Assembly: GCA_044348785.1 (NCBI GenBank)
Contig: JBIKSF010000001.1
Coordinates: 2,251 to 66,250, forward strand
Reading direction: 5' to 3'
Origin: Limnohabitans sp.
Lineage (GTDB): Bacteria > Pseudomonadota > Gammaproteobacteria > Burkholderiales > Burkholderiaceae_C
Length of the DNA stretch: 64,000 nt
In this document: positions 38,604 to 50,144 of the stretch, in pieces
Position numbering within the stretch: the first letter of the stretch is position 1
Layout of the letters: every line of letters begins with the position of its first letter
Made by a program: the position numbers and the translations under genes
The notes under the pieces: model-generated
What the model was told of the DNA's origin: nothing
The model's database searches: none
The model's input: the letters and a program-made list of their open reading frames with translations, nothing else

Positions 38604-39747
38604 GCACCATCCATACCAGCGCCGCCCCGGTCAGGGCCACAGGGAAAATCGAGCCAATGTTCAGCCACATCCAGCCCTGTGTGGTGACCAATGCGCCTGA
38701 AGCGAACGAAGTCACGGCCATGGTGGCAAATACAAAGAAGTTGATGGCCGCCTGACCCCGGTCTTTTTCGGCGGGGGTCCAGGCCTTCATGGCCAGCGTG
38801 GTGCTGCCGGTGAACAGGAAGTTCCAGCCCAAACCCAGCAAGAACAGCGAGATCAGGAACTGGTGCAACTCGACGCCCGACAAAGCAATCGCGATGCACA
38901 CGAAGTTGATGACCACGCCCACCGCCATGATCTGCAGCGTGCCGAATTTTTTGATCAGGTGGCCCGTGAAAAAGCCCGGCGCGAACATGCCGATCACATG
39001 CCACTCCAGCACCAAAGCTGCATCATCAAAGCTGAAGCCGCAAACCTGCATGGCCAGCGGCGTGGCCGCCATCAGCAGGTTCATCACGCCATAACTCAAA
39101 GCGGCTGCAGCGGCAGCCACAATGAACACCGGCTGGCGCATGATCTCGCGTAAAGGGCGACCCGCGCTGTCGCCCGGTTTTTTGGCGGGTACGGCCGGAA
39201 AGCGGATGAAGCTCATACACACCATGGCCAAAATGGCCACGATGCCCAGCGCCATGTAAGCGCCCAAAAACGGCACCTCGTACAAAGTGCGGGTGCGCGA
39301 AGCCAGGTTGGGGCCGACGATGGCGCCGATCAGGCCACCGGCCAAGACCAGCGAGACGGCTTTCTCTTTGAATCCGTCCGCTGCCAACTCAGCTGCTGCA
39401 AACCGGTACAACTGACCATTGGCGCTGTAGTAACCCGCGATGACCGTGGCCGCCACCAGCAACCAGAAGTTGTGGCTCCAGGCCGCATAAGCGGCGAGCA
39501 AGGCTGAAAACAAAGCCACCACCAGCCCCAACTGAAAGGAGACCTTGCGCCCCCAGCGCGACTGGCTCTTGGCCACCAGTCCGGTCGACAGCGCACCACC
39601 CACCACATAGCCCATGACTGGCAAAGTGGCCATCCAGCCCAGCGGCGCCATGGACAGGCCCACCAAGCCATTGATGGCAATGAAGGTGACGTTGTTGGTG
39701 AAAAACAGGCCCTGGCAGAGCGTGAGGAGGATCAAATTGGGGTTCAT
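38557..39747 (-). CDS. MFS transporter
   Basis: About 12 TM helices, YRFAAAE, HVIGMFAPGFFTG, GLGWNF. Confidence 0.9.
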   Translation of the reverse strand: MNPNLILLTLCQGLFFTNNVTFIAINGLVGLSMAPLGWMATLPVMGYVVGGALSTGLVAKSQSRWGRKVSFQLGLVVALFSALLAAYAAWSHNFWLLVAATVIAGYYSANGQLYRFAAAELAADGFKEKAVSLVLAGGLIGAIVGPNLASRTRTLYEVPFLGAYMALGIVAILAMVCMSFIRFPAVPAKKPGDSAGRPLREIMRQPVFIVAAAAAALSYGVMNLLMAATPLAMQVCGFSFDDAALVLEWHVIGMFAPGFFTGHLIKKFGTLQIMAVGVVINFVCIAIALSGVELHQFLISLFLLGLGWNFLFTGSTTLAMKAWTPAEKDRGQAAINFFVFATMAVTSFASGALVTTQGWMWLNIGSIFPVALTGAALVWMVLKQRDAQKSAPSASA

Positions 39748-39851
39748 GCGGCTCAGTTTATCGGCAGCTGCTTATGAAAAGCTGTCGCCTAGGCTCACCC
39801 ACCCACTGCTTTTGCTCATTGCCTAGGGTGACCCCGAAACTACGCACCCCA

Positions 39852-40556
39852 TCAAGCGGAACAAATAGCCAACACCGCCAATGGCGCGGTTTCGGCCCGC
39901 AGAACGCGTGGCCCAAGAGTCACAGGCACAAAGCCAGCAACAAGTGCGTTGGCCTCTTCGCTGGGGCTGAGGCCGCCTTCGGGGCCGCTGAGCACGGTGA
40001 CAGGCGCACTGCCGGTCTTGGATGAAAGGGCCTGCGTGCCTTCTGACAAAGACAAAACCCAGCGCTCCCCAGGCTCGGCCCGCGCCAGCCACTCTTTCAG
40101 GGTCACGGCCGCGTGCACATTGGGCACCCGGTTGCGCCCGCACTGCTCGGCGGCGGCCACAGCCACGCCTTGCCAGTGCGCCAGCTTTTTGTCGGCGCGC
40201 TCGCCCTTGAGCTTGAGCACACTGCGCTCGGCCACCAAGGGCGTGATGCTGGCCACGCCCAGCTCGGTGGCTTTTTCGACCAGCCAGTCCATGCGGTCGT
40301 TGGCGGTGATGCCAGCCAGCAGGTGCACGGCACGGGCGGCTTCGCGCTCCACCGGGCGGTGTGCGCCCACCTCCACCTCCACATCGCTGCGGCCCATGCG
40401 GGTCACGGTGGCGTCAAACTCGCCGCCTTCGCCGTTGAACAGTGTGATCACATCGCCCGGTTGCATGCGCAATACCTGCACATGGCGGGCTGCGCCAGCG
40501 GGCAGGCTGAGCGGCAGGCCTGTGGCCAAAGGCGTGGGGCAGTAAAACCGGGGCAT
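39852..40556 (-). CDS. rsmE: 16S rRNA m3U1498 methyltransferase
   Basis: RHVQVLRM, EKATELGV, AAEQCGR, GPEGG, LGPRVLRAETA. Confidence 0.95.
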   Translation of the reverse strand: MPRFYCPTPLATGLPLSLPAGAARHVQVLRMQPGDVITLFNGEGGEFDATVTRMGRSDVEVEVGAHRPVEREAARAVHLLAGITANDRMDWLVEKATELGVASITPLVAERSVLKLKGERADKKLAHWQGVAVAAAEQCGRNRVPNVHAAVTLKEWLARAEPGERWVLSLSEGTQALSSKTGSAPVTVLSGPEGGLSPSEEANALVAGFVPVTLGPRVLRAETAPLAVLAICSA

Positions 40557-40558
40557 GT

Positions 40559-41668
40559 TCACATGCGCCCGTAGGCAAAGCCGACCTGGGGCGTGGTGCC
40601 TTCGATCTCGTCGATCAACTTGAGCAAGGGGCCGAGTTCGCGGTAACGGTCGCAGGTGGTGCGGATGTAGTGGAGGAAGCGCGGCGCATCGGCCAGGTAT
40701 TTGGGTTTGCCGTCGCGCAGGGTCAGTCGGGCAAAGATGCCAGCCACTTTGAGGTGGCGTTGCAGGCCCATCCATTCGACAGCACGGTAGAACGCGCCAA
40801 AGTCACTGTGCCAGTCTTCAAAGTCCATCAGCCCTGCCTTGCGCGCTTTTTCCCAGTAGCGGATGGTGATGTCGAGCACGAAGTCTTCGTCCCAGGTCAA
40901 AAAGGCATCGCGCATCAGGCTGGCGATGTCGTAGCTGATGGGGCCATAGACCGCGTCTTGGAAGTCGAGCACGCCCAGTTGTTCACTGCCGCCAAACGGC
41001 ATCATCAGATTGCGGGGCATGAAGTCGCGGTGCACATACACACTGGGCGCGGCCAGGTTGCGCTGCACGATCAGGGCAAAGGCCTTGTCGAACACCTCGC
41101 GCTGCGCGCCTTGCAGCTGCACGCCGCGGTGCTGGGCCAAATACCAGTCCGGGAACAGGCTCAGTTCCCGGTTGAGGAGCGCGGCGTCATAGGGCGGCAG
41201 CACGCCGGGGCGCGAAGCCAGCTGCCACTGCACCAGCGTGTCGACCGCCTGCATGTAAAGGCCGTGGTTGGCCTGAGGGCGCTCGGGGTCGATGGCCGAC
41301 ATCATGGTGGCGTCGCCCAGATCACTCAGCAACATGAAACCGTGGGCTTCGTGCCAATCGAGTACTTCGGGTGCATGCAGCCCAGCGGCTTTCATCAAGG
41401 CGGCGATGCGCACGAAAGGTTCGGAATTTTCCTTGTCGGGCGGCGCGTCCATGACGATGCGGCTGTCGCCGTGTGCGGTGTCCACCCGCAGGTAGCGGCG
41501 AAAGCTGGCGTCGGCAGAGGCCACGCGCAAGGTGTCTGGCAAAAGCCCATAGGTGGGTGCGATGCCCGCCATCCATTGCTGGAACAAGGCCTGACGAAGG
41601 GGGTCGGTCCACTGGACCACAGAAACAGGCGTTGGCGAGGGCATGGAAGGTAGAGAGGGGTGGCTCAT
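40559..41668 (-). CDS. amgK: Anomeric MurNAc/GlcNAc kinase (APH fold)
   Basis: DASFRRY, MDAPP, HRDFMPRNL, LDFQDA, QRHLKVAGIFARL..RDGK; divergent from lptD. Confidence 0.88.
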   Translation of the reverse strand: MSHPSLPSMPSPTPVSVVQWTDPLRQALFQQWMAGIAPTYGLLPDTLRVASADASFRRYLRVDTAHGDSRIVMDAPPDKENSEPFVRIAALMKAAGLHAPEVLDWHEAHGFMLLSDLGDATMMSAIDPERPQANHGLYMQAVDTLVQWQLASRPGVLPPYDAALLNRELSLFPDWYLAQHRGVQLQGAQREVFDKAFALIVQRNLAAPSVYVHRDFMPRNLMMPFGGSEQLGVLDFQDAVYGPISYDIASLMRDAFLTWDEDFVLDITIRYWEKARKAGLMDFEDWHSDFGAFYRAVEWMGLQRHLKVAGIFARLTLRDGKPKYLADAPRFLHYIRTTCDRYRELGPLLKLIDEIEGTTPQVGFAYGRM

Positions 41669-41793
41669 GGATAATCCCATTCTACAAAGCCTGCCCGTGC
41701 CCTCAAGGGTCAAGGGCAGCCTGTCTTCTTCATCACTTTCCCCAATTTGTGGCCACCCATTCCGCTTCGCCCTCTTTGCCGCTGATTCCCACC

Positions 41794-44178
41794 ATGGCCT
41801 TGACTCCCAGTTCGGTGGCTGTGGCGCTGCTGTGGGTCATGGCGAGCAGCTGGGCGCAGGCACAGCCCGCTGGTTTGCCCCTGCGCAGCAGCCCTTTACT
41901 GGAAGAAGCGGTCACAGATCGCCAGAAATCCGAGGGAGCGGTATTTGTCAAAGGCAACGACATCACCGCCCGCCCCGACATGGACCTGGTGGTCGAGGGT
42001 CAGGCCAGCGTTCGGCGACCCGGACTGGCCTTGAGCGCCGACCGGGTGGACTACGACCAGACACAAGATGTGGTGGACGCCAAAGGCCAAGTACGCGTGA
42101 GCACGGAAACCAGCGTCTTCACCGGCCCTCACCTCAGGCTCAAGGTAGACAGCTTCCAGGGCAGCTTTGAAAAGCCCGACTTCGAGCTGTACAGCAGTGG
42201 CGGCTATGGCCAAGCGGCTCAAGTCGAGTTTGTGGACAACACGCGGACCCTCCTTCGCCAAGCCAATTACACGACATGCCGCCGCACGCCGGGCCCGGAA
42301 TGGCTGCCCGCTTGGTTGCTCAAAGCCGCCAAACTGACCGTTGACGAGGAAGAGTCGACCATTCAAGCCGAAGGCGTGCAGTTCCGGTTCCAAGATGTTC
42401 CCGTTTTTGCGGCCCCCTCGATCAGCCTGCCCTTGACGAATGAACGCAAGTCCGGCTTGCTGCCACCCCTGCTGAGCATTGACACAGTCAACGGCGTCGA
42501 AGTGGCGCAACCCTACTACTTCGACATCGCGCCCAACCGCGATGCCACGGTGACCACCCACGTCATGAGCCAACGTGGGGTGGCGGTCGACTCCGAATTC
42601 CGTTACTTGGAGCGCGACTACAGCGGGCAGCTGCGCTTGAACCTGATGCCCTCGGACAAATTGCGCAACGAGCGCCGCTGGGGCTTGACGAGCCAGCACA
42701 GCGGCAGCATCGACACCGGACTGGACAGCGTGGGCCGCATTGGTTTGGGCCTGACCCTGAACCGCGTGAGTGACGACAACTACTGGCGGGACTTTCCCCG
42801 CTCAGGCCTGGTGCTGACACAACGCGTGCTGCCCTCCACGGGTGTGCTGTCTTGGGGTCGTGGCGACTTCAGCATGAGCGCACAGGTGCAGCGCTGGCAA
42901 AACCTGCAGGAAGCTGCGCCGCCTTATGACAGGGCGCCACAGATCACCCTGCGCTACGGGCAATGGAATGCCGAGGGTCTGGACTGGTCGGTGGTGGGCG
43001 ACACCACACGTTTTGAAGCCGACTACTCGCGCGTGGCCAGTTTGGTCAACGCCGGAATTTTGCCGCGCAACGGCGAGCGCAGTTTTGTGCAGGCGCAGGT
43101 CAGCCGCCCTTGGATTCGCCCTTGGGGTTTCGTGACCCCCAAGCTGCAACTGCACGCCACCCGTTACCAGATGGACCGGGCACTCGATAACAGGGCCACG
43201 GCCGTGAACCGCGTCTTGCCGACCTTCAGCCTGGATTCCGGGCTGGTATTTGAACGCGAAACCCGCTGGTTCGGACGCGACGTGTTGCAGACACTGGAGC
43301 CCCGGGCCTTTTACGCCCGCACGCCTTACAAAGACCAAAGCATGCTGCCGATTTATGACAGCGGCGCTACCGACTTCAACCTGTCCACCATTTACAGCGA
43401 GAACACTTATGTCGGCCAAGATCGACTGGTAGACAACGACGCACTGACCTTGGGGGTGAGCAGCCGATTTTTTGATGCCAACAACGGTGCTGAGATGCTT
43501 CGGGTGGGTGTGGCGCAACGCATCCGCTTTTCAGACCAACAGGTGGTGCTGCCGGGGCAAACGGCCAGCAAGACCGGTCTGAGTGACATTTTGTTCGGTG
43601 CCGGCATCCGTTGGGATGACCGCTGGTCCTTCGATGCCACCCTGCAAGCCAACAACCAGACGCACGACATCGCACGCACCACCTTGCAAGCACGCTACAG
43701 CCACAGCCCCTACCGGGTGATCAATGCAGCTTATCGCGCCAACAACCAAGTCACTCCCAATTCCGAATTTGTGGATGTGGGCTGGCAGTGGCCTTTGAGT
43801 GACCTTGTGGGCAACACCGACAGGCAAGCCGAAACGGCCTGGTCACGTACTCCCGGTCAAGGCTTGGGGCCGGACCGCTGGTACACCGTGGGCCGTTTGA
43901 ACTACAGCCTGAAAGAGCGCAGCCTCGTCGACACCTTGGTGGGCCTGGAATACGATGCGGGTTGCTGGTTGGGACGGGTGGCATTTCAAAGGCTACAGAC
44001 CAACGTCTCCGCTGTCAGCCAGACGAGCTCGAACAGCCGCATCCTTTTTCAGCTTGAGTTCATTGGTTTCGCCCGCGTAGGCATCAGCCCCCTCAAGAGC
44101 CTCAGTGACAACATTCCCCGCTACCAATACCTGCGCGACAGCACGGTTCAACCCAGTCGGTTCCAGCACTATGAATAA
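41794..44178 (+). CDS. lptD: LPS assembly protein LptD (start approximate)
   Basis: YTTC, RKSGLLPP, PYYFDIAPNRD, VSDDNYWRDF, TLEPRAFY, EYDAGCW. Confidence 0.95.
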   Translation: MALTPSSVAVALLWVMASSWAQAQPAGLPLRSSPLLEEAVTDRQKSEGAVFVKGNDITARPDMDLVVEGQASVRRPGLALSADRVDYDQTQDVVDAKGQVRVSTETSVFTGPHLRLKVDSFQGSFEKPDFELYSSGGYGQAAQVEFVDNTRTLLRQANYTTCRRTPGPEWLPAWLLKAAKLTVDEEESTIQAEGVQFRFQDVPVFAAPSISLPLTNERKSGLLPPLLSIDTVNGVEVAQPYYFDIAPNRDATVTTHVMSQRGVAVDSEFRYLERDYSGQLRLNLMPSDKLRNERRWGLTSQHSGSIDTGLDSVGRIGLGLTLNRVSDDNYWRDFPRSGLVLTQRVLPSTGVLSWGRGDFSMSAQVQRWQNLQEAAPPYDRAPQITLRYGQWNAEGLDWSVVGDTTRFEADYSRVASLVNAGILPRNGERSFVQAQVSRPWIRPWGFVTPKLQLHATRYQMDRALDNRATAVNRVLPTFSLDSGLVFERETRWFGRDVLQTLEPRAFYARTPYKDQSMLPIYDSGATDFNLSTIYSENTYVGQDRLVDNDALTLGVSSRFFDANNGAEMLRVGVAQRIRFSDQQVVLPGQTASKTGLSDILFGAGIRWDDRWSFDATLQANNQTHDIARTTLQARYSHSPYRVINAAYRANNQVTPNSEFVDVGWQWPLSDLVGNTDRQAETAWSRTPGQGLGPDRWYTVGRLNYSLKERSLVDTLVGLEYDAGCWLGRVAFQRLQTNVSAVSQTSSNSRILFQLEFIGFARVGISPLKSLSDNIPRYQYLRDSTVQPSRFQHYE

Positions 44179-45517
44179 ACTGTTCTCTCCTGCCCGCTCC
44201 GCATTTGTGGCATCCGTCTGCGGCGTCATGGGTCTGCTCGGCAGCGCCAGCCCTTGGGCGCAGACGTCAGCGCCAACCACCGTCAACCGGCAGGCCGATT
44301 TCATCGTGGCGGTGGTCAATTCCGAGCCCATCACCAACCGGGATGTTCAAGTGCTGCGCCAACGCCTGGCCAATGAAGCGGCCGCACGCGGGGGCAGCAG
44401 GCCCGATGCAAGTGAGCTGAACCGCTTGGCTCTGGAGCAATTGATCAATGAAAAAGCGCAGATGCAGCAGGCCCGTGAAGCAGGCATCAAAATCGATACC
44501 GAGGCCATCGACCAAGCCGAGCTGAATGTGGCGGCCAGCAACCAGTTAACGCGCGAAGAAATGCACAAACGCCTGGCGCAGGACGGTATTTCGCTGAGCA
44601 GCTTTCGCGAGCAACTGCGCACCCAGTTGACACTGAGTCGCCTGCGTGAGCGTGAAATCGAAGGACGCGTGCGTGTCAGCGACTTGGAGGTTGAGCAGTT
44701 CCTGCGTGAACAGCTCAGGGCGCAAGCTGCCCAAGTACCCGCTCAACTGAATTTGGGCATGATTTTGATTGCGGTGCCAGAAAACAGCAGCGAGCCTGCC
44801 GTCCAAGCTTTGGGGGAGCGCGCCGCTGATGTGGCACGCCGTGCACGGTCTGGCGAAAACTTCGCCGAATTGGCCAAAGCCGTTTCACAAGCAGCCGACC
44901 GAGGAGCCAACGGCGGCGAGATGGGCTTGCGCCCCGCCGACCGCTACCCCGATCTGTTTTTGGAGGCCACACGCACGCTGAATGTGGGCGAAGTGTCTGC
45001 GCCCGTGCGTTCTGCGGCTGGCTTTCACATCCTCAAAGTGCTGGAACGCCGCCAGGTCAATACCTTGCTCGTCACGCAAACACGGGCCCGGCACATCTTG
45101 CTGCGGCCTACCGCGCAAATGTCCCAAGAGCAGGCCGTGGCCAAACTCACTGAAGTACGCCAAGCGGTGGTTTCCGGCAAAGCCGATTTCGCCGCCCTGG
45201 CCCGCCAGATGTCACAAGACGGCAGCGCCCAGCAAGGGGGCGATCTGGGTTGGGCCAACCCAGGCATGTTTGTGCCAGAGTTCGAGCAGGTCATGAACCG
45301 CCTGCGTCCCGGTCAAGTGGCAGAGCCTTTGGTCTCCCGCTTTGGCGTGCACCTGATCGAAGTCACCGACCGCCGCAACGCGCCCATGAGCGATCAAGAA
45401 CAGCGCACCATGGCGCGCAGTGCCTTGCGTGAAAAGAAGCTCGACGAAGCGTATGCGACCTGGGTGCAGGATATTCGTGGCCGAGCCTATGTCGAGATGC
45501 GCGAGCCGCCACAATGA
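44171..45517 (+). CDS. surA: Chaperone SurA (two parvulin PPIase domains)
   Basis: [43 protein letters not shown]. Confidence 0.95.
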   Translation: MNKLFSPARSAFVASVCGVMGLLGSASPWAQTSAPTTVNRQADFIVAVVNSEPITNRDVQVLRQRLANEAAARGGSRPDASELNRLALEQLINEKAQMQQAREAGIKIDTEAIDQAELNVAASNQLTREEMHKRLAQDGISLSSFREQLRTQLTLSRLREREIEGRVRVSDLEVEQFLREQLRAQAAQVPAQLNLGMILIAVPENSSEPAVQALGERAADVARRARSGENFAELAKAVSQAADRGANGGEMGLRPADRYPDLFLEATRTLNVGEVSAPVRSAAGFHILKVLERRQVNTLLVTQTRARHILLRPTAQMSQEQAVAKLTEVRQAVVSGKADFAALARQMSQDGSAQQGGDLGWANPGMFVPEFEQVMNRLRPGQVAEPLVSRFGVHLIEVTDRRNAPMSDQEQRTMARSALREKKLDEAYATWVQDIRGRAYVEMREPPQ

Positions 45518-46299
45518 AGCACATCGCTCGCAAACGCTTCGGTCAGCATTTTTTGACCGACGGCGGCATCATCGATGCCATCGTCGACGCGATTTATCCC
45601 GAATCCGGCCAGCCCATGGTCGAAATCGGACCCGGCCTGGCCGCATTGACCCAACCCCTGGTGGAGCGGCTGGGCCACCTCACGGTGATCGAGCTCGACC
45701 GCGATTTGGCTGTGCGTTTGCGCGAACACCCTCATTTGTCGGTGGTCGAATCGGATGTGTTGAAGGTCGACTTCAGGGCACTGGCCGCGCATATGCTGGC
45801 CAACGCCCCCAAGCCAACGACCACCGCCAGCAAAATCCGTGTTGTGGGCAACCTGCCCTACAACATCTCCACACCCATCCTGTTCCATTTGCTGGACCAG
45901 GTCGATGTGATCGAAGACCAGCACTTCATGCTGCAAAAAGAGGTGATCGATCGCATGGTGGCACAGCCCGCCACCTCGGATTACAGCCGCCTGTCGGTGA
46001 TGCTTCAATGGCGCTATGCGATGGCCAACGTGCTGTTTGTCCCACCAGAGAGCTTTGACCCGCCGCCGCGGGTGGACAGCGCCGTGGTGCGCATGGTGCC
46101 GCTGTCCCAGCCACCCCAAGTCAACGTCAAGACCTTGGAGACCCTGGTGCAGGTGGCATTCAGCCAGCGCCGTAAGATTTTGCGCAACACCTTGGGCAAA
46201 TGGTTGGATGAAAAGGGCTTTGCTGGCACCTTTGACCTGCAGCGCCGCGCAGAAGAAGTGCCCGTGGCCGAGTTTGTGGCTTTGGCGCAGGCCGTCTGA
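45514..46299 (+). CDS. rsmA: 16S rRNA A1518/A1519 dimethyltransferase
   Basis: [38 protein letters not shown]. Confidence 0.96.
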   Translation: MKHIARKRFGQHFLTDGGIIDAIVDAIYPESGQPMVEIGPGLAALTQPLVERLGHLTVIELDRDLAVRLREHPHLSVVESDVLKVDFRALAAHMLANAPKPTTTASKIRVVGNLPYNISTPILFHLLDQVDVIEDQHFMLQKEVIDRMVAQPATSDYSRLSVMLQWRYAMANVLFVPPESFDPPPRVDSAVVRMVPLSQPPQVNVKTLETLVQVAFSQRRKILRNTLGKWLDEKGFAGTFDLQRRAEEVPVAEFVALAQAV

Positions 46300-46363
46300 G
46301 GCCTGATCTGACGACCGACCAGCTCGGCTGACACAGTCCATTCAGAGACGCTCACTCACCAAC

Positions 46364-46392
46364 GAAAAAGCCCGTCATTGACGGGCTTTTTC
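46364..46392. terminator. Bidirectional intrinsic terminator
   Basis: GAAAAAGCCCGTCA-T-TGACGGGCTTTTTC perfect inverted repeat with U-tracts on both strands, between convergent genes. Confidence 0.85.
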
Positions 46393-46423
46393 ATGGATGC
46401 CGCGAGAGCGGCTCAACGGGAGG

Positions 46424-46627
46424 TCAGGCTGCGGCGAGCCAGTAACCAGCATTGAATGGGCTGCTCATGCGCAGCGCCAGAGGCGAGACGTCCACCAGTT
46501 TGTCGGTGGGCATTTTTTCGCCTTCTTCGATCGAATCGGCCATCACGGCGTCTTCGGTTTGTGCCTCATTCGCCCGTCCTGCTTGGCTGTTTTGCGCAGA
46601 ACGGGCTACAGAAAAGAATAGAAGCAT
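46424..46627 (-). CDS. Small ORF overlapping the barstar 3' end in the -1 frame (alternative start 46513 gives 29 aa); C-terminus YWLAAA
   Basis: Open frame from inside barstar to a stop 31 nt before the terminator; GC3-rich codons in the 3' half; GAAGG before ATG 46513. Confidence 0.5.
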   Translation of the reverse strand: MLLFFSVARSAQNSQAGRANEAQTEDAVMADSIEEGEKMPTDKLVDVSPLALRMSSPFNAGYWLAAA

Positions 46628-47031
46628 CGGAAGGGTATCTTCCTGTCTCCCCAGTAATCGGCCGTGTCGCGGAAGATGTCCAGCAGTTGCTCGCGAGCTT
46701 CCTTGTCGAACTTAACGTGTGCGGGAATCTGCTCAAGCACCACGATGAAGCCAGGCTGTGGCCCGGACTTGTGCAAAGGGTCGGTCATGCAGTCGTACAG
46801 GGCATCAAAGTTCTTGCCAAAGTGTGAAGGTAGCGTGAACTGCGCACCAATGAGGTCCAACACATCTTGTTTGCTCTGGGCTTCCGCCAAGTTGGCATAC
46901 AAAAAGTGGTGGCCCAACCCTTGGGCAGCATCTTGCAAGTCGCTCACGCGGTAGGCGCGGATCGACTGCACGATGTTTGACCGCACACCCTTGAGGGGCG
47001 CGTCTTGGTCATGACGAATCGGCGTGTCCAT
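46606..47031 (-). CDS. Barstar family RNase inhibitor
   Basis: FTLPSHFGKNFDALYDCMTD barstar motif; downstream of the RNase. Confidence 0.92.
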   Translation of the reverse strand: MDTPIRHDQDAPLKGVRSNIVQSIRAYRVSDLQDAAQGLGHHFLYANLAEAQSKQDVLDLIGAQFTLPSHFGKNFDALYDCMTDPLHKSGPQPGFIVVLEQIPAHVKFDKEAREQLLDIFRDTADYWGDRKIPFRCFYSFL

Positions 47032-47060
47032 CTCCGTGGTCTTTCTCTAAAGTCAAAAAA

Positions 47061-47474
47061 TCAAGGCTTGTCGACGATCACGCGAAAACTCGCGTAATGG
47101 TCTTTTGTGTAATAGCAGGTCTGTGGATCACGAGGAACTTGGCCACCGCAAACGATGCGCCGTGCTCCACGATGCTTCAACCCGGGCGTCCTGACGGTGT
47201 ATTCACGGTAAAACCCCCGCGGTTCGCGGGGCAGAAGACGCTCACGATTGCCAAAAACCGTCCCGTCCTTTTCATAAGGAAAAGGACCCCCCTTGCGGAT
47301 GAGCTGGTACGTTTCTTGGCCTTCTCGCGGCAAATCTGTCACCCGGATGTCGGGCGAAGTTTGGGTATCGGCGGCTGGACGAGCCTGCACCAAAAAAGTG
47401 CAAATTGATAACATCAACCCCAGAAGCACCGGTAACCAGCGCTGTAGGGAGGCGAATTGTCGCGCCACCTTCAT
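47061..47474 (-). CDS. Secreted guanyl-specific ribonuclease (barnase/RNase Sa/N1 family)
   Basis: Signal peptide; GGPFPY..DG.VFGNRE.LLP, YREYTV, RGARRIV, YYTKDHY.SF. Confidence 0.92.
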   Translation of the reverse strand: MKVARQFASLQRWLPVLLGLMLSICTFLVQARPAADTQTSPDIRVTDLPREGQETYQLIRKGGPFPYEKDGTVFGNRERLLPREPRGFYREYTVRTPGLKHRGARRIVCGGQVPRDPQTCYYTKDHYASFRVIVDKP

Positions 47475-47628
47475 GAAAACACCTTTCAGAAGTCCCCGGG
47501 TTAACCCGAACACTCGAAGGCGCTAGTGTGAAGCAAACGACATAAAAAAGCAAGCGAATGCCCAATAAATGGGCAAAACCCATCCGGACATTCGCGCTTT
47601 AAGTGAGTACAGACTCTTGTTTTATGCC

Positions 47629-49932
47629 TCAACGCGCGGCATTGGCATCGGCCACCGTCAGAGCCGTCATGTTCACAATCCGGCGCACCGTGGTGCTGGG
47701 CGTGAGAATGTGGACAGGCTTGGCAGCGCCCAGCAAAACCGGGCCCACAGCGATGTTGCCACCGGCGGCGGTCTTGAGCAGGTTGTACGCAATATTGGCA
47801 GCATCGATATTTGGCAAAACCAATAAATTTGCATCACCGATCAAGCTGGAGTTGGGCATGATGGCCTGGCGCGCAGCGGCGTCCAAGGCCACGTCGCCGT
47901 GCATTTCACCATCCACCTCCAGCCAAGGCGCGTTTTGGCGCAACAAGTCCAATACATCACGCATCTTCACGGCGCTGGGTTGGTTGGACGAGCCAAAGTT
48001 GGAATGGGACAACAGGGCCGCCTTGGGCTGGATGCCGAAACGGCGCATTTCTTCGGCGGCCATGACGGTGAATTCGGCCAATTGCGCAGCGGTGGGATCG
48101 TAGTTCACATGGGTGTCAACCATGAACACTTGGCGACCTGGCAGCATCAAGCCGTTCATACAGGCAAATGTGTTGACACCCGCACGCTTGCCAATGACTT
48201 GGTCAATGTAGTTCAGGTGCATGGGGTTGGTGCCCCAAGTCCCGCAGATCATGCCGTCCACATCGCCTTTGTGCAGCAACATGGCACCAATCAACGACAA
48301 ACGACGGCGCATTTCGATCTTGGCAATTTGCTCTGTGATGCCCTTGCGCTCGGTCATGCGGTGGTAGCTTTGCCAGAAATCACGGTAGCGGTGGTCCATT
48401 TCGACGTTGACCACGTCGTAGTCCAACTCCTCTTTCAGCCGCAGACCAAATTTTTCGATGCGCTCGGCAATCACCGCTGGGCGGCCGATCAAGGTGGGGC
48501 GGGCAATGCCTTCATCCACCACGATCTGGGCAGCGCGCAACACGCGTTCTTCTTCACCCTCGCTGTAGGCGATGCGTTTTTTCAGGGCCCGCTTGGCGGC
48601 CGTGAAGATCGGCTTCATCATGGTGCCTGAGGCGTAAACAAAGCCCTGCAGGCGTTCGCGGTAAGCGTCCATGTCGGCGATCGGGCGCGAAGCCACACCG
48701 CTTTCGGCCGCGGCCTGGGCCACGGCCGGGGCGATTTTCATCATCAGGCGCGGGTCAAAAGGCTTGGGGATGAGGTACTCCGGACCAAAGGCCAGCGGCT
48801 CGCCCACATAAGCAGCCGCCACCACTTCGCTTTGCTCGGCTTGTGCCAGCTCGGCAATGGCATGCACCGCCGCGATTTCCATCTCCAATGTGATGGTGGT
48901 CGCTCCGCAGTCCAAGGCACCCCGGAAAATGTAGGGGAAGCACAGGACGTTGTTCACCTGGTTGGGGTAATCGGTGCGGCCGGTGGCCATGATGGCATCG
49001 TCACGCACGGCTTTGACGTCTTCAGGATCAATTTCTGGATTGGGGTTAGCCAACGCAAAAATGAGGGGCTTGGCGGCCATGGACTTGACCATGTCTTGCT
49101 TGAGCACGCCCCCAGCAGACAGGCCCAGGAACACGTCGGCACCGGCAATCACTTCGCGCAGGGTGCGGTGATCGGTTTTTTGCACGAACTGGATCTTGTC
49201 CTCGTCCATCAGCTCGGTGCGGCCTTCGTAGACCACGCCCGCCAAATCGGTGACCCAGATGTTTTCACGCGGGATGCCCAGCTTGACCAACAAACCCAGG
49301 CAAGCTAAGGCCGCGGCACCTGCACCTGAAGTGACCAGTTTGATCTTCTTGGGGTCTTTGCCCACGATCTTCAAGCCGTTCAAGATGGCTGCGCCCACCA
49401 CGATGGCGGTGCCGTGCTGGTCGTCATGAAAGACCGGGATCTTCATGCGCTCGCGCAGCTTGCGCTCAATGTAGAAGCAATCCGGCGCCTTGATGTCTTC
49501 GAGGTTGATACCGCCGAACGTCGGCTCCAGCGAGGCGATGATCTCAACCAGCTTGTCCGGGTCCTTTTCGTTGATCTCGATGTCGAAGACGTCGATGCCG
49601 GAGAACTTCTTGAACAAGACGCCCTTGCCTTCCATGACCGGCTTGCTGGCCAAGGGGCCAATGTCGCCCAAGCCCAACACGGCCGTGCCGTTGGTCACCA
49701 CGCCGACCAGGTTGCCCCGGCTGGTGTACTTGAATGCGTTGGCCGGGTCTTTGACGATTTCTTCGCAAGGGGCGGCCACGCCGGGGGAATAAGCCAAGGC
49801 CAAGTCATGCTGGTTGACCAACTGCTTGGTGGGAGCGATGGCGATTTTGCCGGGGGTGGGGAACTGGTGGTATTCGAGTGCGGCTTTGCGCAGCTGGGCG
49901 CGTTTTTCTTCGGCTTGGACCTTGTTGGTCAT
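47629..49932 (-). CDS. maeB: NADP-dependent malic enzyme with PTA-like C-domain
   Basis: [35 protein letters not shown]; [11 protein letters not shown] domain. Confidence 0.96.
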   Translation of the reverse strand: MTNKVQAEEKRAQLRKAALEYHQFPTPGKIAIAPTKQLVNQHDLALAYSPGVAAPCEEIVKDPANAFKYTSRGNLVGVVTNGTAVLGLGDIGPLASKPVMEGKGVLFKKFSGIDVFDIEINEKDPDKLVEIIASLEPTFGGINLEDIKAPDCFYIERKLRERMKIPVFHDDQHGTAIVVGAAILNGLKIVGKDPKKIKLVTSGAGAAALACLGLLVKLGIPRENIWVTDLAGVVYEGRTELMDEDKIQFVQKTDHRTLREVIAGADVFLGLSAGGVLKQDMVKSMAAKPLIFALANPNPEIDPEDVKAVRDDAIMATGRTDYPNQVNNVLCFPYIFRGALDCGATTITLEMEIAAVHAIAELAQAEQSEVVAAAYVGEPLAFGPEYLIPKPFDPRLMMKIAPAVAQAAAESGVASRPIADMDAYRERLQGFVYASGTMMKPIFTAAKRALKKRIAYSEGEEERVLRAAQIVVDEGIARPTLIGRPAVIAERIEKFGLRLKEELDYDVVNVEMDHRYRDFWQSYHRMTERKGITEQIAKIEMRRRLSLIGAMLLHKGDVDGMICGTWGTNPMHLNYIDQVIGKRAGVNTFACMNGLMLPGRQVFMVDTHVNYDPTAAQLAEFTVMAAEEMRRFGIQPKAALLSHSNFGSSNQPSAVKMRDVLDLLRQNAPWLEVDGEMHGDVALDAAARQAIMPNSSLIGDANLLVLPNIDAANIAYNLLKTAAGGNIAVGPVLLGAAKPVHILTPSTTVRRIVNMTALTVADANAAR

Positions 49933-50144
49933 TGTTATTGCTCCGTTGTAGGGATGTGCTGTCAAGGTTGCCAGGGTTCAGCAGCCAATTTGGATGACAA
50001 GTGATTTGTCAACACCCAAGGCGACAGTCGGGCTGTATTTTCATTGTAGACCCCGCATTCATCGCAATATGCCTAGGTAATGCCCCTCGCAAGTGAGTTG
50101 GCTTTTGACTTTTGCGCACAAATCAAGGCAGACAGCGAGGCTGA

